Positions 54,319 through 64,000 of a stretch of 64,000 nt of DNA are shown here, piece by piece. The notes under the pieces were generated by a model. It saw only the letters and a program-made list of their open reading frames with translations, made no database searches and was not told the origin of the DNA. The stretch's first letter is position 1. Each line of letters begins with the position of its first letter. Made by a program: the position numbers and the translations under genes. Source of the DNA: Candidatus Omnitrophota bacterium (GTDB lineage: Bacteria > Omnitrophota > Omnitrophia > Omnitrophales > Aquincolibacteriaceae). The stretch covers positions 66,005 through 130,004 of the forward strand of contig JAYTHE010000032.1 of assembly GCA_043732705.1 (NCBI GenBank). The letters run 5' to 3'.

Positions 54319-54729
54319 ATGTTTATGAAGTTGAAAAATGCTTGGTTTATCGCAGAGCTTTTAGGCGCATTCGGAGTTGTGCAAAAGTACAAGAAAAATA
54401 CGGCAGAGTGGGTGCGGATTCAAACCGCGATGGTTTGGCTTAAGAGTATTGCTTTTGCACGTGATCTTGTGATTTATCAGGTGGGGATTTCAGCTTGCGT
54501 TTTAGTTCTGGTTATTAGTGCGGTTTTGATGGAAGTGGCGTTCATTTTTTGTTTGCCAATGAGCCTGCAATCAAAGATAACCGCTGTCTTCGTAGTGAGC
54601 GGAATTGATTTTGCGGCGGCGTTAAGCTTTCTGGGTTACTTTTTATCTTCTGAGCGTTGGCTTAAGCAGGCGGCCAGTTACAACGCTTGCGTTTCGGAAA
54701 TGATACAGAAAACGAATTCAAAAAAATAA
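54319..54729 (+). CDS. Two-TM membrane protein (YqjE-like position), unknown function
   Basis: Two hydrophobic segments; follows a DUF883 gene. Confidence 0.6.
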   Translation: MFMKLKNAWFIAELLGAFGVVQKYKKNTAEWVRIQTAMVWLKSIAFARDLVIYQVGISACVLVLVISAVLMEVAFIFCLPMSLQSKITAVFVVSGIDFAAALSFLGYFLSSERWLKQAASYNACVSEMIQKTNSKK

Positions 54730-54744
54730 AAGAGAGGTATTGAT

Positions 54745-54903
54745 ATGGCAACGTCAACAATTTTACTCATCGTGCTTATAGTATTACTGATTGGCGGATT
54801 GCCGACATGGCCGCATAGCAAGAGTTGGGGATATTATCCTGCCGGCGGAATAGGGACTGTACTTCTGATTGTTTTGATTTTGGCATTGATGGGCCGAATC
54901 TAA
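54745..54903 (+). CDS. DUF3309 small membrane protein (52 aa; not in ORF track)
   Basis: LLIGGLPTWPHSKSWGYYPAGGIG signature; RBS gagg. Confidence 0.9.
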   Translation: MATSTILLIVLIVLLIGGLPTWPHSKSWGYYPAGGIGTVLLIVLILALMGRI

Positions 54904-54941
54904 CATTTTTCAAAACGAAGTACAAAACAGCAGGAGGCTTT

Positions 54942-55469
54942 ATGTTGACTAAGATCGAAGAGAAGAAAACTGAGGTTGCGGTTGGCATTGCAGTCGACAA
55001 GCAGGTTGATATTGCGCTTCCCAAAAATGATCGTAAGGAGCTGGCGCATGCTCTCTCGCTTATATTGGCCGATACGTACGCGCTTTATTTGAAAACTCAA
55101 AACTTTCATTGGAATGTGAAGGGTGCACGTTTTCCATCGTTGCACATTCTTTTTGAAAGCCAATATCTCGAATTAGCGGCTGCGGTGGATTTAATCGCAG
55201 AACGGATCCGGGCGCTTGGATGTCTTGCCCCGGCAAGCTTCAGCGAGTTTGCGAAATTGACCTGTCTAGAAGAGGGCAATTCTCAAATTCCTGCAGCAGA
55301 AATGGTCGCGGTCCTCATGCATGATCACGAACGAGTAGCGCAAAGTATGCGTGCTATAGTGCCTAGGGCAGAGAAGACACATGATCACGCTTCCGTTGAC
55401 CTTCTTTCACAAAGAATATCAACGCATGAAAAGACAGCATGGATGCTTCGCAGCACAAACGAAACCTAA
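54942..55469 (+). CDS. dps: DNA starvation/stationary-phase protection protein Dps
   Basis: LYLKTQNFHWNV.G..F.SLH.LFE, D.IAERIRALG and HEKTAWML motifs; RBS aggagg. Confidence 0.94.
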   Translation: MLTKIEEKKTEVAVGIAVDKQVDIALPKNDRKELAHALSLILADTYALYLKTQNFHWNVKGARFPSLHILFESQYLELAAAVDLIAERIRALGCLAPASFSEFAKLTCLEEGNSQIPAAEMVAVLMHDHERVAQSMRAIVPRAEKTHDHASVDLLSQRISTHEKTAWMLRSTNET

Positions 55470-55562
55470 GTCAAACCAGATAAGCGTTCGTCTTTAACGG
55501 GCTTTTTTGCGCCGAGTGTAAAGACACAGAGACGAGTTGCTTTTTTTGGGATAGGATGAAGT

Positions 55563-57878
55563 ATGTGGAAAAAATGGCTTCCATGGCGTTTCTTCATTAG
55601 GGCACTTGCGCGCAAAAAGGGTTTTCTTGACCCCATTGCTTTTTTTTCCAAACTCCAAAGTTTTGGTCAGCCTTCCGAAGTGACCATGCCGATTGAAATT
55701 GTGCGTCTTGCGACAATATTAATTGCGCGCGGCTCGCTGAATGTTGTCGCGATTCAACATAACCTGGATTGGAATTGGCCTTATTGGGTCGTGCGCCAAT
55801 TTGATCCAAAAGATGTATCGTTTATTCCGCGCGCATTTTCACTGACTCATATTAATTTAACGCATCGTAATTGGACCGCTGTCGGTATTCCTGATCTGAG
55901 TTTGTATCCGATTGTTGACCCGCGAGGATTGCTGACCCCTTTTTTAGACGGCTGGTCTCTGGATGCTTGGGTGGTCCAAGGCGAAGGTGATCAAAACCTG
56001 ATTCCTGCGTATTTAAAAACAACTACTCAGAAATGGCATCTGGAAAAAACCCCCTCAATTACGACTCACTCAAACCATCATCATCTGAAACTTAATTCGC
56101 ATATCAGTGTTGAAAAAAGCAAAGAGGGGCCTTATTGCATGATGACTGTTGAAGCGAGTTCGGCCTCAGCCGCTTGGCTTGTGATTTCATTGCGTCCCCT
56201 TAACCCCGAGGGGGTGAGTGAAATCAGAAATATTACGCTCCTTGATCAAGGGTTAACGTGGCAGGTTAATAAAAAGGAGCGGATTTATTTTAATGAAGTT
56301 CCTGACAAGCATTATTTCTCTGAATTTCGAGAAGGCGACGTTTACCGTAAAGTTATGGCCGCAAATAAACACCCCGAAAAACTTTCGGCACAAAATGCCG
56401 AATCTGTTGAATGCTCTTCGGGAATGGCGACCGCGGCAGCCATGTTTCGTATTCCGGAACACGGACAAAGAAAAATCGAAATTCAAATTCCTTTGACGAT
56501 CTCTCTGATCAGGAAGCCCGTTCCGCAGAGTTTTATTGTGGCTTCAAGTGGCGAAGCGGAACAAATTTGGTCGGAAGCTCTACGGGGCCATACTAAACTT
56601 CAGGTTGCGGATAAACAGACGCAGGCCGTTTATGATGCTGCGGTTTATGCCATGATTCTACATACGCCCGGTATCGATGCTTTTCCCGGGCCGTATACCT
56701 ATAAACATTTTTGGTTCCGTGACGCGGCTTTTATTGTGAATGCTCTTTTGGGCGCAAACTTGATTGCAAGAGCCGAGAAAATTCTAGATCACTTTCCGGC
56801 TCGCCAAAGACTTACGGGTTACTTTTGTTCACAAGACGGCGAATGGGACTCCAACGGACAAGTGCTTTGGATTTACCGCCGGTTTTGTGAGTTAACAGGT
56901 ACTTTGCCCAAGGCTGCATGGAAAGATTCAATAAAAAGAGGCGCAGAATGGATGAAACGTAAAAGATTGCCCGAAGATCTTGAACAGCCGCATGCCGGAC
57001 TTTTTCCTCCCGGCTTTAGCGCCGAACATTTGGGTCCCAACGACTATTATTATTGGGATGATTTTTGGGGAGTAGAAGGATTTTTTTCCGCCGCTTACCT
57101 CATGCAGGGCTATCAAGATTCCCAAAGCGCGCAACAATATGAAAATGAGGCCGGCCATTTTGAAACTTGTCTCCTTCGCAGCCTAGATCAAAGTGAAGCA
57201 CGACTTAAGACAAAAGCCATGCCTGCATCACCTTATCGCCGTCTGGATACCGGAGCGATTGGTTCTTTGGCGATTGGTTATCCGCTCACTTTTTGGGAAC
57301 CTGATGATTTGCGTGTTATGCAGACAGTTGAATATCTTTTGAAAAATCATTTTATCGAACATGGATTTTTCCATGACATGAGTCACTCGGGTATTAATCC
57401 GTATCTGACATTAACAGTCGCGCAAACTCTATTGAGAAATTACGACCCGCGTTACGCGGATATCATGAGGCGTATTCAAAAGCTGGCATCGCCGACAGGA
57501 CAATGGCCCGAAGCCGTTCATCCTCAGACTTTGGGCGGCTGTATGGGAGATGGCCAGCATATCTGGGCCGCAGCGGAATGGATTCTCATGATTAAAAATT
57601 GTTTTGTACGCGAAGAAAAAGAAAGACTTATTCTTTGTTCGGGAGTTTTGCCGGAATGGTATGAGGGCGGCAAAAAAGCTTCCTTCGGAGTGACTCCCAT
57701 TTCACAAGGTTTAATTTCGGTGGAGCTTTTTTCAGAAGGTACCGGAGTGCGAGTGAGCTGGAAAGCCGAATGGCGCGGAGCGGTTCCGACGATTGAGGTC
57801 CGGCTTCCCGGTTACACAATGATCAACGTCAATTCCGGCGAGACCACGGTATTGCTGGCAAAGGAAAAGCATTCATGA
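55563..57878 (+). CDS. Six-hairpin glycosidase-like protein (GH15/trehalase-like fold), uncharacterised
   Basis: PGPYTYKHFWFRDA, GEWDSNGQ and YYWDDFW segments typical of (alpha/alpha)6 glycosidases. Confidence 0.7.
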   Translation: MWKKWLPWRFFIRALARKKGFLDPIAFFSKLQSFGQPSEVTMPIEIVRLATILIARGSLNVVAIQHNLDWNWPYWVVRQFDPKDVSFIPRAFSLTHINLTHRNWTAVGIPDLSLYPIVDPRGLLTPFLDGWSLDAWVVQGEGDQNLIPAYLKTTTQKWHLEKTPSITTHSNHHHLKLNSHISVEKSKEGPYCMMTVEASSASAAWLVISLRPLNPEGVSEIRNITLLDQGLTWQVNKKERIYFNEVPDKHYFSEFREGDVYRKVMAANKHPEKLSAQNAESVECSSGMATAAAMFRIPEHGQRKIEIQIPLTISLIRKPVPQSFIVASSGEAEQIWSEALRGHTKLQVADKQTQAVYDAAVYAMILHTPGIDAFPGPYTYKHFWFRDAAFIVNALLGANLIARAEKILDHFPARQRLTGYFCSQDGEWDSNGQVLWIYRRFCELTGTLPKAAWKDSIKRGAEWMKRKRLPEDLEQPHAGLFPPGFSAEHLGPNDYYYWDDFWGVEGFFSAAYLMQGYQDSQSAQQYENEAGHFETCLLRSLDQSEARLKTKAMPASPYRRLDTGAIGSLAIGYPLTFWEPDDLRVMQTVEYLLKNHFIEHGFFHDMSHSGINPYLTLTVAQTLLRNYDPRYADIMRRIQKLASPTGQWPEAVHPQTLGGCMGDGQHIWAAAEWILMIKNCFVREEKERLILCSGVLPEWYEGGKKASFGVTPISQGLISVELFSEGTGVRVSWKAEWRGAVPTIEVRLPGYTMINVNSGETTVLLAKEKHS

Positions 57879-59443
57879 AAATTTTAATGATGACCAATAC
57901 CTACGCACCCATTGTCGGAGGGCTTGAAAAATCCATTCAGGTTTTCAGTGAGCAATTCAGATTAAAAGGGCATGAAGTTAAGATTGTCGCGCCCGAGTTC
58001 GAAAAAATGCCGGCACATGAAAAAGATGTGATTCGTGTGCCTTCGCTTGAAAAATTTGTCGGGACAGATTTTTCTGTGGGTTTACCGCTGCCTGAATTAC
58101 TTCAAAATTTGATCGAGAAATTTAAGCCCGATATCGTGCATTCCCACCATCCCTTTCTCATGGGGGATTTGGCTTTGCGTGTTTGTGGACAGCATAAAAT
58201 TCCACTGGTGTTCACTTATCACACCATGTTTGAGCATTACACGAACTACTTTGGACTCGAAAACCAGGCCATGCAGAAATTTGTCGTCGAAATTGCTACC
58301 GGATACGCCAAAATGGTGGATCAAGTCATTGTTCCAAGCGATAGTGTGGCGCGCCTTTTGGTAGAGAGAAAAATTCAGACGCCGATTGCTGTTGTTCCCA
58401 CCGGTCTTGATGTGGCACATTTTTCTCCCGCAGCCACGACACTCAGGAGACAGTTTAAAATTCCTCAAAAAGCTTTCGTTGTCGGACATTTAGGGCGACT
58501 CTCTCCTGAGAAAAATCTGATGTTTTTGACCGAAGCGGTTGCTGAGTTTCTTACCCAGCACAAAGAAGCTCATTTTTTGATTGTAGGCAGCGGACCCAGT
58601 GAAAGAGAAATGAAAAAAATGATGCGTGTGAAAGGAGTTTTAAACCGTGCGCATTTTGCGGGGGTGCAGAAAGGAAAAAAATTAGTCGAGGCTTATCATG
58701 CAATGGATGTTTTTGCTTTCGCCTCTAAGAGTGAAACGCAGGGTATGGTGGTGACTGAGGCAATGGCCGCAGGATTACCGGTTGTGGCTTTAGATGCTCC
58801 CGGAGTGCGTGAGGTTGTCCATGATAAAAAAAATGGCCGTCTGCTTGAGGAAGAATCCCGCAAGAAGTTTGCGGCCGCGCTGGCATGGTGCTTGATCCGA
58901 ACCGCACCTCAATGGAATTTGATAAAAAAGCAGGCTCTTGCAACCGCGAATGAATTCTCGTTGGAGACTTGCGCGACCAAGGCTTTAAAAGTTTATGAAA
59001 CTGTTTGTGCGAATCATGTTATTCCGTCAGACGATAAGTGGGGAGCTTGGCATGCGCTCGCGGGGAGATTTAAGACGGAGCTAGGGCTTTTACTTAATTT
59101 AGGTAAAGCCGCAGGATCTGCAGTGATTCAGGCGACGGTTACGGAAAGCCCGCTCAAAGAAAAAATTGTAAATGCTTATCAGAAAAAAATTACGGAATCA
59201 GTTGAATCTTGGACTGTGGCACTTAAAAAAAATCGCAAACAAGCGGAAGATGTGTTAAGGGGAGAGCAACCAAGATCTGAAAATGAAGATGAGGCCATTG
59301 CCAAAAAAATTCATATTTACGAATCGGAATTGATCGAGCTTAATCGCAAAGTTGCAAAAGCCTGCGAAGATTTTGAAAAATACTTTGATGACGCTCACGC
59401 AAATTTAAAAAAAGAGTTTGAAGGTGGAGCTCCGAGACAATGA
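57875..59443 (+). CDS. Glycosyltransferase family 4 with C-terminal coiled coil, paralog of 43995-45266
   Basis: MMTNTY.P.VGG, HSHHPF, GRLSPEKN and SETQGMVVTEAMA motifs. Confidence 0.93.
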   Translation: MKILMMTNTYAPIVGGLEKSIQVFSEQFRLKGHEVKIVAPEFEKMPAHEKDVIRVPSLEKFVGTDFSVGLPLPELLQNLIEKFKPDIVHSHHPFLMGDLALRVCGQHKIPLVFTYHTMFEHYTNYFGLENQAMQKFVVEIATGYAKMVDQVIVPSDSVARLLVERKIQTPIAVVPTGLDVAHFSPAATTLRRQFKIPQKAFVVGHLGRLSPEKNLMFLTEAVAEFLTQHKEAHFLIVGSGPSEREMKKMMRVKGVLNRAHFAGVQKGKKLVEAYHAMDVFAFASKSETQGMVVTEAMAAGLPVVALDAPGVREVVHDKKNGRLLEEESRKKFAAALAWCLIRTAPQWNLIKKQALATANEFSLETCATKALKVYETVCANHVIPSDDKWGAWHALAGRFKTELGLLLNLGKAAGSAVIQATVTESPLKEKIVNAYQKKITESVESWTVALKKNRKQAEDVLRGEQPRSENEDEAIAKKIHIYESELIELNRKVAKACEDFEKYFDDAHANLKKEFEGGAPRQ

Positions 59444-61830
59444 TTTTAAGAAGATTTGTACGAAAATATTGCGTGTGGCTGAACCCTGATGAGCTGCGAA
59501 TGCGCCTGCTCGGATTGTCGCGTCCCGACAAGCCGCAAGAAGGGCGTGGGTTGGTTTTGATTCAAATCGACGGATTTTCCTATCGCAACTGTGAACGCGC
59601 AATGAAAAAAGGGCATATGCCTTTTTTGAAAAAACTGATCAATCGCGAGCATTATCAGTTTAGAGATATGTATTCGGGAATTCCTTCCAATACGCCCGCT
59701 TTTCAAGGGGAGTTTTTTTTTGGTAAAGCGCAATGTGTGCCCGCTTTTCAATACTGGAATCGTAAAAGCGGAAAAATTAACACGATGTATGAAAAGGAAA
59801 GCGCGGAAGCGATGGAGCGTTCGCTGATGCAGAACGAGCCGGGATTGATTGCGGGAGGAACGGCCTACGGAAATATTTTTTCAGGAGGCGCGGCCGAATC
59901 CCATGTGTGTGCTTCGACGGCGGATTGGCTCGGAGTGGTTAAAACTTGGAATCCTTACTCGGTCTTCGTCACTTTTTTGTTAAGCCCGTTTACGCTCATA
60001 CGCGGCCTATTTCTTTGTATCGTCGAAGCGGGTTTGGCATTTTTTGATTTTTTGAGGGCTCTCGCTAAAAAAGATATTCTGAATGAATTCGCATTTATCT
60101 TAATGCGCGTTTTTGTTTCCATTATGATGCGTGAAATTATTACAGCGCATGCGTGCATGGATATTTACCGCGGAACTAAAGTGGTTCATGTCAATTATTT
60201 TGGTTATGACGAACAGGCGCATCGCCGGGGTCCGTCCACGCGCTTTGCTTTTTGGAGTTTAAGCGGCATCGACAGCGCGATTAAAAAAATATGGAACGCC
60301 GCGGCGCATTCAGATTTACGTCATTATGATGTGTGGATTTACTCCGACCACGGACAGGAAACCGTGCAGCCCTTTCCAAGTATTTCAGATAAGAGCATTC
60401 AGACGCTGGTTCAGGAAGTCTATAGTGAGATGGGCATGTCTGAATCCGAAGTCTTTTCCTCGGTATTTGTGAAAAGACACGAACTTTCCGGCGATACGGT
60501 CATGAGTCAGCGGTTTTTGGGAGCACAAGATCAAGGTGAGGATGTCACGTGGCCGGTTGTGACAACTTTGGGACCCATTTGTCATATTTATTTTCAAAAA
60601 AAGCATATGGATGGGGAGAAACGGATTTTTGCTGAAAATCTTTTGAAGAAAAATATAAATCTGCCTGTGGTCGTGATTCCGCTAGAAAACGGAAAAGCAG
60701 AATACCGAACTCAGACTGAAACTTTAACTTTACCAGAAGATGCCTCGAAACTCTTGGGAGATGATCATCCCTACCGGGATGCCGTCACGAAAGACTTGGA
60801 AACTTTTTTGCAGCTTGAAAATTCCGGGGATCTTATTTTATTCGGTTGGTGTCATGGTAAACAGGCCATTTCTTTTTCAAGCGAACGCGGAGCCCATGCC
60901 GGCCTCGGACCGCATGAAACACAGGCGTTCGTGCTTTTGCCGCCGGATGCTGCGATTGAAAAAGATCCCAAGGTTTTGATCCGCGGAAATGATTTAAGAC
61001 AGGCCGCATTGAAAGTTCTCGGACGTGTAAAACACGATCGAAGGTCTCTGGTTGAGGCTGTTGCCACGGAACGCAGGAAATTGCGTGTTATGTCTTATAA
61101 CGTGCATAGCTGCATCGGTATGGACGGAAATTTATCGGTGGAACGGATTGCCCGTGTAATCGCCAAGTATGACCCGGATATTGTGGCTTTGCAGGAATTG
61201 GACGCGGGCCGCAGAATCAAAGGCTGTGACCAAGCGGCTGCCATTGCGCGCGAATTAGAAATGAATTTTCATTTTCATTCAGTGCATGGCGCGGAAAAGC
61301 AATGCTTTGGCAACGCGATTCTGAGTTGTCATCCCATGAAAATGATTCAGGCGGAACAACTGCCTTCCTTAAGAAAATCAGCTTTACTTGAGACGCGGGG
61401 AGTTTTGCAAATGGAGGTGGATTTTTATGGGCATAAAATACAGGTTTTTAACACACATTTGAGTATTTGGACTCCGGAGTTAAAATTGCAAATCCAAAAA
61501 TTAATACACGCTGAAATTTTGGGAAAACCCGGGCCCGAAGAGCATGTTATTTTATGCGGAGATTTCAACATGACGCCGCAATCTCAACTTTATCGCTTGC
61601 TCGCACAGTCTTTTCAAACCCCTCATTTTAAGAAGCAGAAAGGAATTTCTGAAAATACATGGATCAGTCACTGGCCAATCCGGAAACTCGATCATATTTT
61701 AATGCGCGGCGGTTTGACCGCTAAGTTTGTCAATGTGCCGCGGACAAGGCTTGAGCGCGATGCGTCTGATCATCTTCCGGTGGTTGCGGATTTCGTATTT
61801 AATCCGGTTTATCAAGGGAGTACGTTATGA
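59440..61830 (+). CDS. Fusion of an alkaline-phosphatase-superfamily domain and an EEP domain
   Basis: N-terminal LIQIDG, YDEQAHRRG, YSDHGQ and GAHAG; C-terminal SYNVH, LQE, NTHL, GDFN and SDHLP. Confidence 0.85.
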   Translation: MILRRFVRKYCVWLNPDELRMRLLGLSRPDKPQEGRGLVLIQIDGFSYRNCERAMKKGHMPFLKKLINREHYQFRDMYSGIPSNTPAFQGEFFFGKAQCVPAFQYWNRKSGKINTMYEKESAEAMERSLMQNEPGLIAGGTAYGNIFSGGAAESHVCASTADWLGVVKTWNPYSVFVTFLLSPFTLIRGLFLCIVEAGLAFFDFLRALAKKDILNEFAFILMRVFVSIMMREIITAHACMDIYRGTKVVHVNYFGYDEQAHRRGPSTRFAFWSLSGIDSAIKKIWNAAAHSDLRHYDVWIYSDHGQETVQPFPSISDKSIQTLVQEVYSEMGMSESEVFSSVFVKRHELSGDTVMSQRFLGAQDQGEDVTWPVVTTLGPICHIYFQKKHMDGEKRIFAENLLKKNINLPVVVIPLENGKAEYRTQTETLTLPEDASKLLGDDHPYRDAVTKDLETFLQLENSGDLILFGWCHGKQAISFSSERGAHAGLGPHETQAFVLLPPDAAIEKDPKVLIRGNDLRQAALKVLGRVKHDRRSLVEAVATERRKLRVMSYNVHSCIGMDGNLSVERIARVIAKYDPDIVALQELDAGRRIKGCDQAAAIARELEMNFHFHSVHGAEKQCFGNAILSCHPMKMIQAEQLPSLRKSALLETRGVLQMEVDFYGHKIQVFNTHLSIWTPELKLQIQKLIHAEILGKPGPEEHVILCGDFNMTPQSQLYRLLAQSFQTPHFKKQKGISENTWISHWPIRKLDHILMRGGLTAKFVNVPRTRLERDASDHLPVVADFVFNPVYQGSTL

Positions 61831-63488
61831 CAAAAGGGAAAGTCGGTATTGTTTTGGGGATTATGATTTTTTTAGGCGCAGCTGTTTTTATTCTCGGCCG
61901 CGGTGAAAAACTCCAGCAGCCTATCCAATGGGCTGCGGGCCAACTTCGCTACACGAAGTATCAAGAAACAAACTTTTTAAGTTTTAAAGTGTTACAAAGC
62001 CTCTATGAAAACCCGAATCCCAACGGGATGCTTGCGCTTAAATTAAAAAAATTTTGGAAAACACCTATTATCAGTAATGAAGCTTATTATCGGGGCGCCC
62101 AGCCCCATCATCCTGTTGACCCAAAGCTTGGTCCCGCGTTAAAGGTGATGACCTGGAATATTGAAAAATCCTATCACATTCGAGATGTGATTAAGTTGTT
62201 AACCTCCGATGATGAATTCCACAAAATGGTTAACTTGGAAAAGGCGCCGCCGGAATCAGAAGCTTTTAAAAATTTAGCGAGGCAGCGTGAACGGATGCAG
62301 CAGGCGGACATTATTCTGCTGCAAGAGATGGATATCGGCGTGAGCCGCTCGGGTTATATTGACGCGGCAAGGGAATTGGCGCAAGCCTTAAATATGAATT
62401 ATGCTTATGGACCTGAGCAGTTAGAAATTGACCCCGTGATTATGGGAACAGAAAAAATATTGCATTCAGACGGCTCGATTGATCAAGAAGCCACCCAGCA
62501 TTACAAAGCCGACCCCGAAAAATATAAAGGTGTTTTTGGTTCGGCCGTATTGTCGCGGTATCCCATTAAAAAAGTTGAGCTTTTTCAGCTGAATCATCAG
62601 GCTTATGACTGGTACGCGAAAGAGAAAGGCAAAACTACTTTTTTGGAAAAAGCGCGCCGGTTAGGCGCTGAAGTTACTTTTAAGAATGAAGTGACGCGCG
62701 AAATTAAAATGGGCGGGCGAATTTTCTTTCGTGTCGATTTGGATGTTCCCGACGTCCAAGGTGGAACGCTCAGCGTGATTGATATTCATTTGGAAATAAA
62801 ATGTCAGCCGCTGGGCCGGAAAATTCAGATGGAAGAAATCTTGGAATATATCCGGAAAATTAAAAATCCCATGATTGTTGCCGGTGATTTTAATTCAGCT
62901 CCCGATGATTTAAGCCCGACCTCTATTTCTCGTACGGCGGAACGCGCGGTTAAAAATCCGACCAATTGGTTTTCCGCGGGAGTGGCAGTCCTTCTTCCTC
63001 AAGCGCTTTTAATCAATACTTCCCGGGCATTGGGTAATGTTACAAAGAACTTTCAGGATCCCACGGCGAAAGATATTCCCGTACTTGCACCGAATAAAAT
63101 AAAAGGTTTGTTTGATTTGATGCAGAATTTTAGGTCATCACAGGGCTATGCTTTTGATTTTCGCGGCGAAAAAGAAAGGTCCATGGGCGGGCATACAGGC
63201 ACTCTCGCAAATGCCAATCAACGCGATCTCTTAGGCTTTAAAACAAGTTTCAGCGTGAAGCGTCCGTTGGGACCGATTGGTAAATACCGGCTGGATTGGA
63301 TTTTTGTTAAATCTTATTTGAAAGATCCTTTGGATGTTTCGGGTCCGCATCGCATGGCGCCGCATTTTGGCGAGACGCTGGAAGAATTAAATACCGGTGT
63401 TCAACCGCAGCTGTCCGACCATCATCCCAGTGTGGTTGATCTTCCTTTGCAGGAGCCCAAATTAATCAAAGACGGGACAGGTAAATAA
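61827..63488 (+). CDS. Membrane-anchored endonuclease/exonuclease/phosphatase (EEP) family protein
   Basis: N-terminal TM; TWNIE, LQEMD, HLE, GDFN, LDWIF and SDHHP motifs. Confidence 0.85.
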   Translation: MTKGKVGIVLGIMIFLGAAVFILGRGEKLQQPIQWAAGQLRYTKYQETNFLSFKVLQSLYENPNPNGMLALKLKKFWKTPIISNEAYYRGAQPHHPVDPKLGPALKVMTWNIEKSYHIRDVIKLLTSDDEFHKMVNLEKAPPESEAFKNLARQRERMQQADIILLQEMDIGVSRSGYIDAARELAQALNMNYAYGPEQLEIDPVIMGTEKILHSDGSIDQEATQHYKADPEKYKGVFGSAVLSRYPIKKVELFQLNHQAYDWYAKEKGKTTFLEKARRLGAEVTFKNEVTREIKMGGRIFFRVDLDVPDVQGGTLSVIDIHLEIKCQPLGRKIQMEEILEYIRKIKNPMIVAGDFNSAPDDLSPTSISRTAERAVKNPTNWFSAGVAVLLPQALLINTSRALGNVTKNFQDPTAKDIPVLAPNKIKGLFDLMQNFRSSQGYAFDFRGEKERSMGGHTGTLANANQRDLLGFKTSFSVKRPLGPIGKYRLDWIFVKSYLKDPLDVSGPHRMAPHFGETLEELNTGVQPQLSDHHPSVVDLPLQEPKLIKDGTGK

Positions 63489-63489
63489 A

Positions 63490-64000
63490 ATGTTGAATGG
63501 CGAGGAACAGCTTAAAAAAAATCCGGTTGTGCTTTTACATGCATTTCCGCTTTCCTCCGAAATGTGGCAGCCTCATGTAGATTCGCTCTCAAAAGACTTT
63601 CGTTTAATTACACCTGATTTGACGGGCTTAGGAAAATCACCCGTAAAAACAAAAGTTTCAATTGAGGGGATGGCGGAAGATATTTTTAAATCATTGGAAG
63701 ACATGAATCTCAAGCAGCCTGTTTTTTTGGCCGGCCTTTCGATGGGAGGATACGTTGCTTTTGAATTTTTCAGAAAATATCCTGAGCGAGTTAAAGGATT
63801 GGGATTATTTTCAACGCGTGCGAGCGCAGATACGCCGGCAACTCGTGAAAAGCGCTTTCAAGGTATTGAGAAGATTGAAAAAGAAGGTTTAGAGTCGTTT
63901 TTGGGAGGGAATTTACCCAGTCTGATAGGTAAAACGACCGCTGAAAAACATCCCGAAATACTGACGCAGCTTAAGATTATAGCCGGTGGCAACACGCCAG
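63490..64000 (+). CDS. Alpha/beta hydrolase, runs off the window end
   Basis: VVLLHAFP, PDLTGLG.S and nucleophile elbow GLSMGG. Confidence 0.85.
   Translation, partial: MLNGEEQLKKNPVVLLHAFPLSSEMWQPHVDSLSKDFRLITPDLTGLGKSPVKTKVSIEGMAEDIFKSLEDMNLKQPVFLAGLSMGGYVAFEFFRKYPERVKGLGLFSTRASADTPATREKRFQGIEKIEKEGLESFLGGNLPSLIGKTTAEKHPEILTQLKIIAGGNTP

Larger units (their letters stand above)
35104..64000. mobile_element. Probable genomic island of general-stress genes; right end not identified in the window
   Basis: Starts at the broken tRNA; abrupt change from housekeeping to accessory genes; no integrase seen. Confidence 0.55.

Noticed and set aside
1-64000. CRISPR array or cas genes
   Set aside because: No regularly spaced direct repeats with spacers and no Cas-like ORFs seen; the CTCT/AACCG motif is dispersed, not arrayed.
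35104-64000. Prophage, integrase or defence system in the island
   Set aside because: No recombinase, phage structural, restriction-modification or recognisable anti-phage domains among the ORFs in this window; the EEP proteins sit in a sugar/lipid-modification context.

Overview
Bacterial chromosome segment, nearly all genes on the + strand. The gene style is compatible with a PVC-group organism such as Candidatus Omnitrophota, but this is inference only. Bases 1 to about 35,100 are housekeeping: a purine biosynthesis cluster (purB-C-S-Q-L-F-M-D-E), LMW phosphatase-rpiB-glyA-nrdR, a SWIB protein, aroA, mreBCD-mrdA-rodA, tRNA-Pro(TGG), a desaturase, maf, prmA, a lipoate ligase, pyruvate dehydrogenase (aceE/aceF/lpd) and a CBS-flanked 2-oxoacid:ferredoxin oxidoreductase. 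At 35,064 the 5' half of a tRNA-Arg(TCT) breaks off just after the anticodon loop, and a probable island of at least 28 kb of general-stress genes follows. It carries BON, entericidin-like, DUF883, DUF1328, DUF3309, Dps and ferritin-like proteins, glycosyltransferases and many two-component proteins. Main non-obvious observations: (1) a dispersed, orientation-fixed mini-hairpin CTCT-[variable, covarying stem]-AACCG in core intergenic regions; (2) a 120-bp MITE-like element inserted in frame into the PurF propeptide; (3) six copies of a 17-bp box at fixed spacing from -10 elements, plus sigma-54-like promoters with TGTCA-N8-TGACA-type sites. These two promoter classes appear to control two paralogous sets of the same stress effectors. 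All calls come from reading the sequence by eye; no database search was run.
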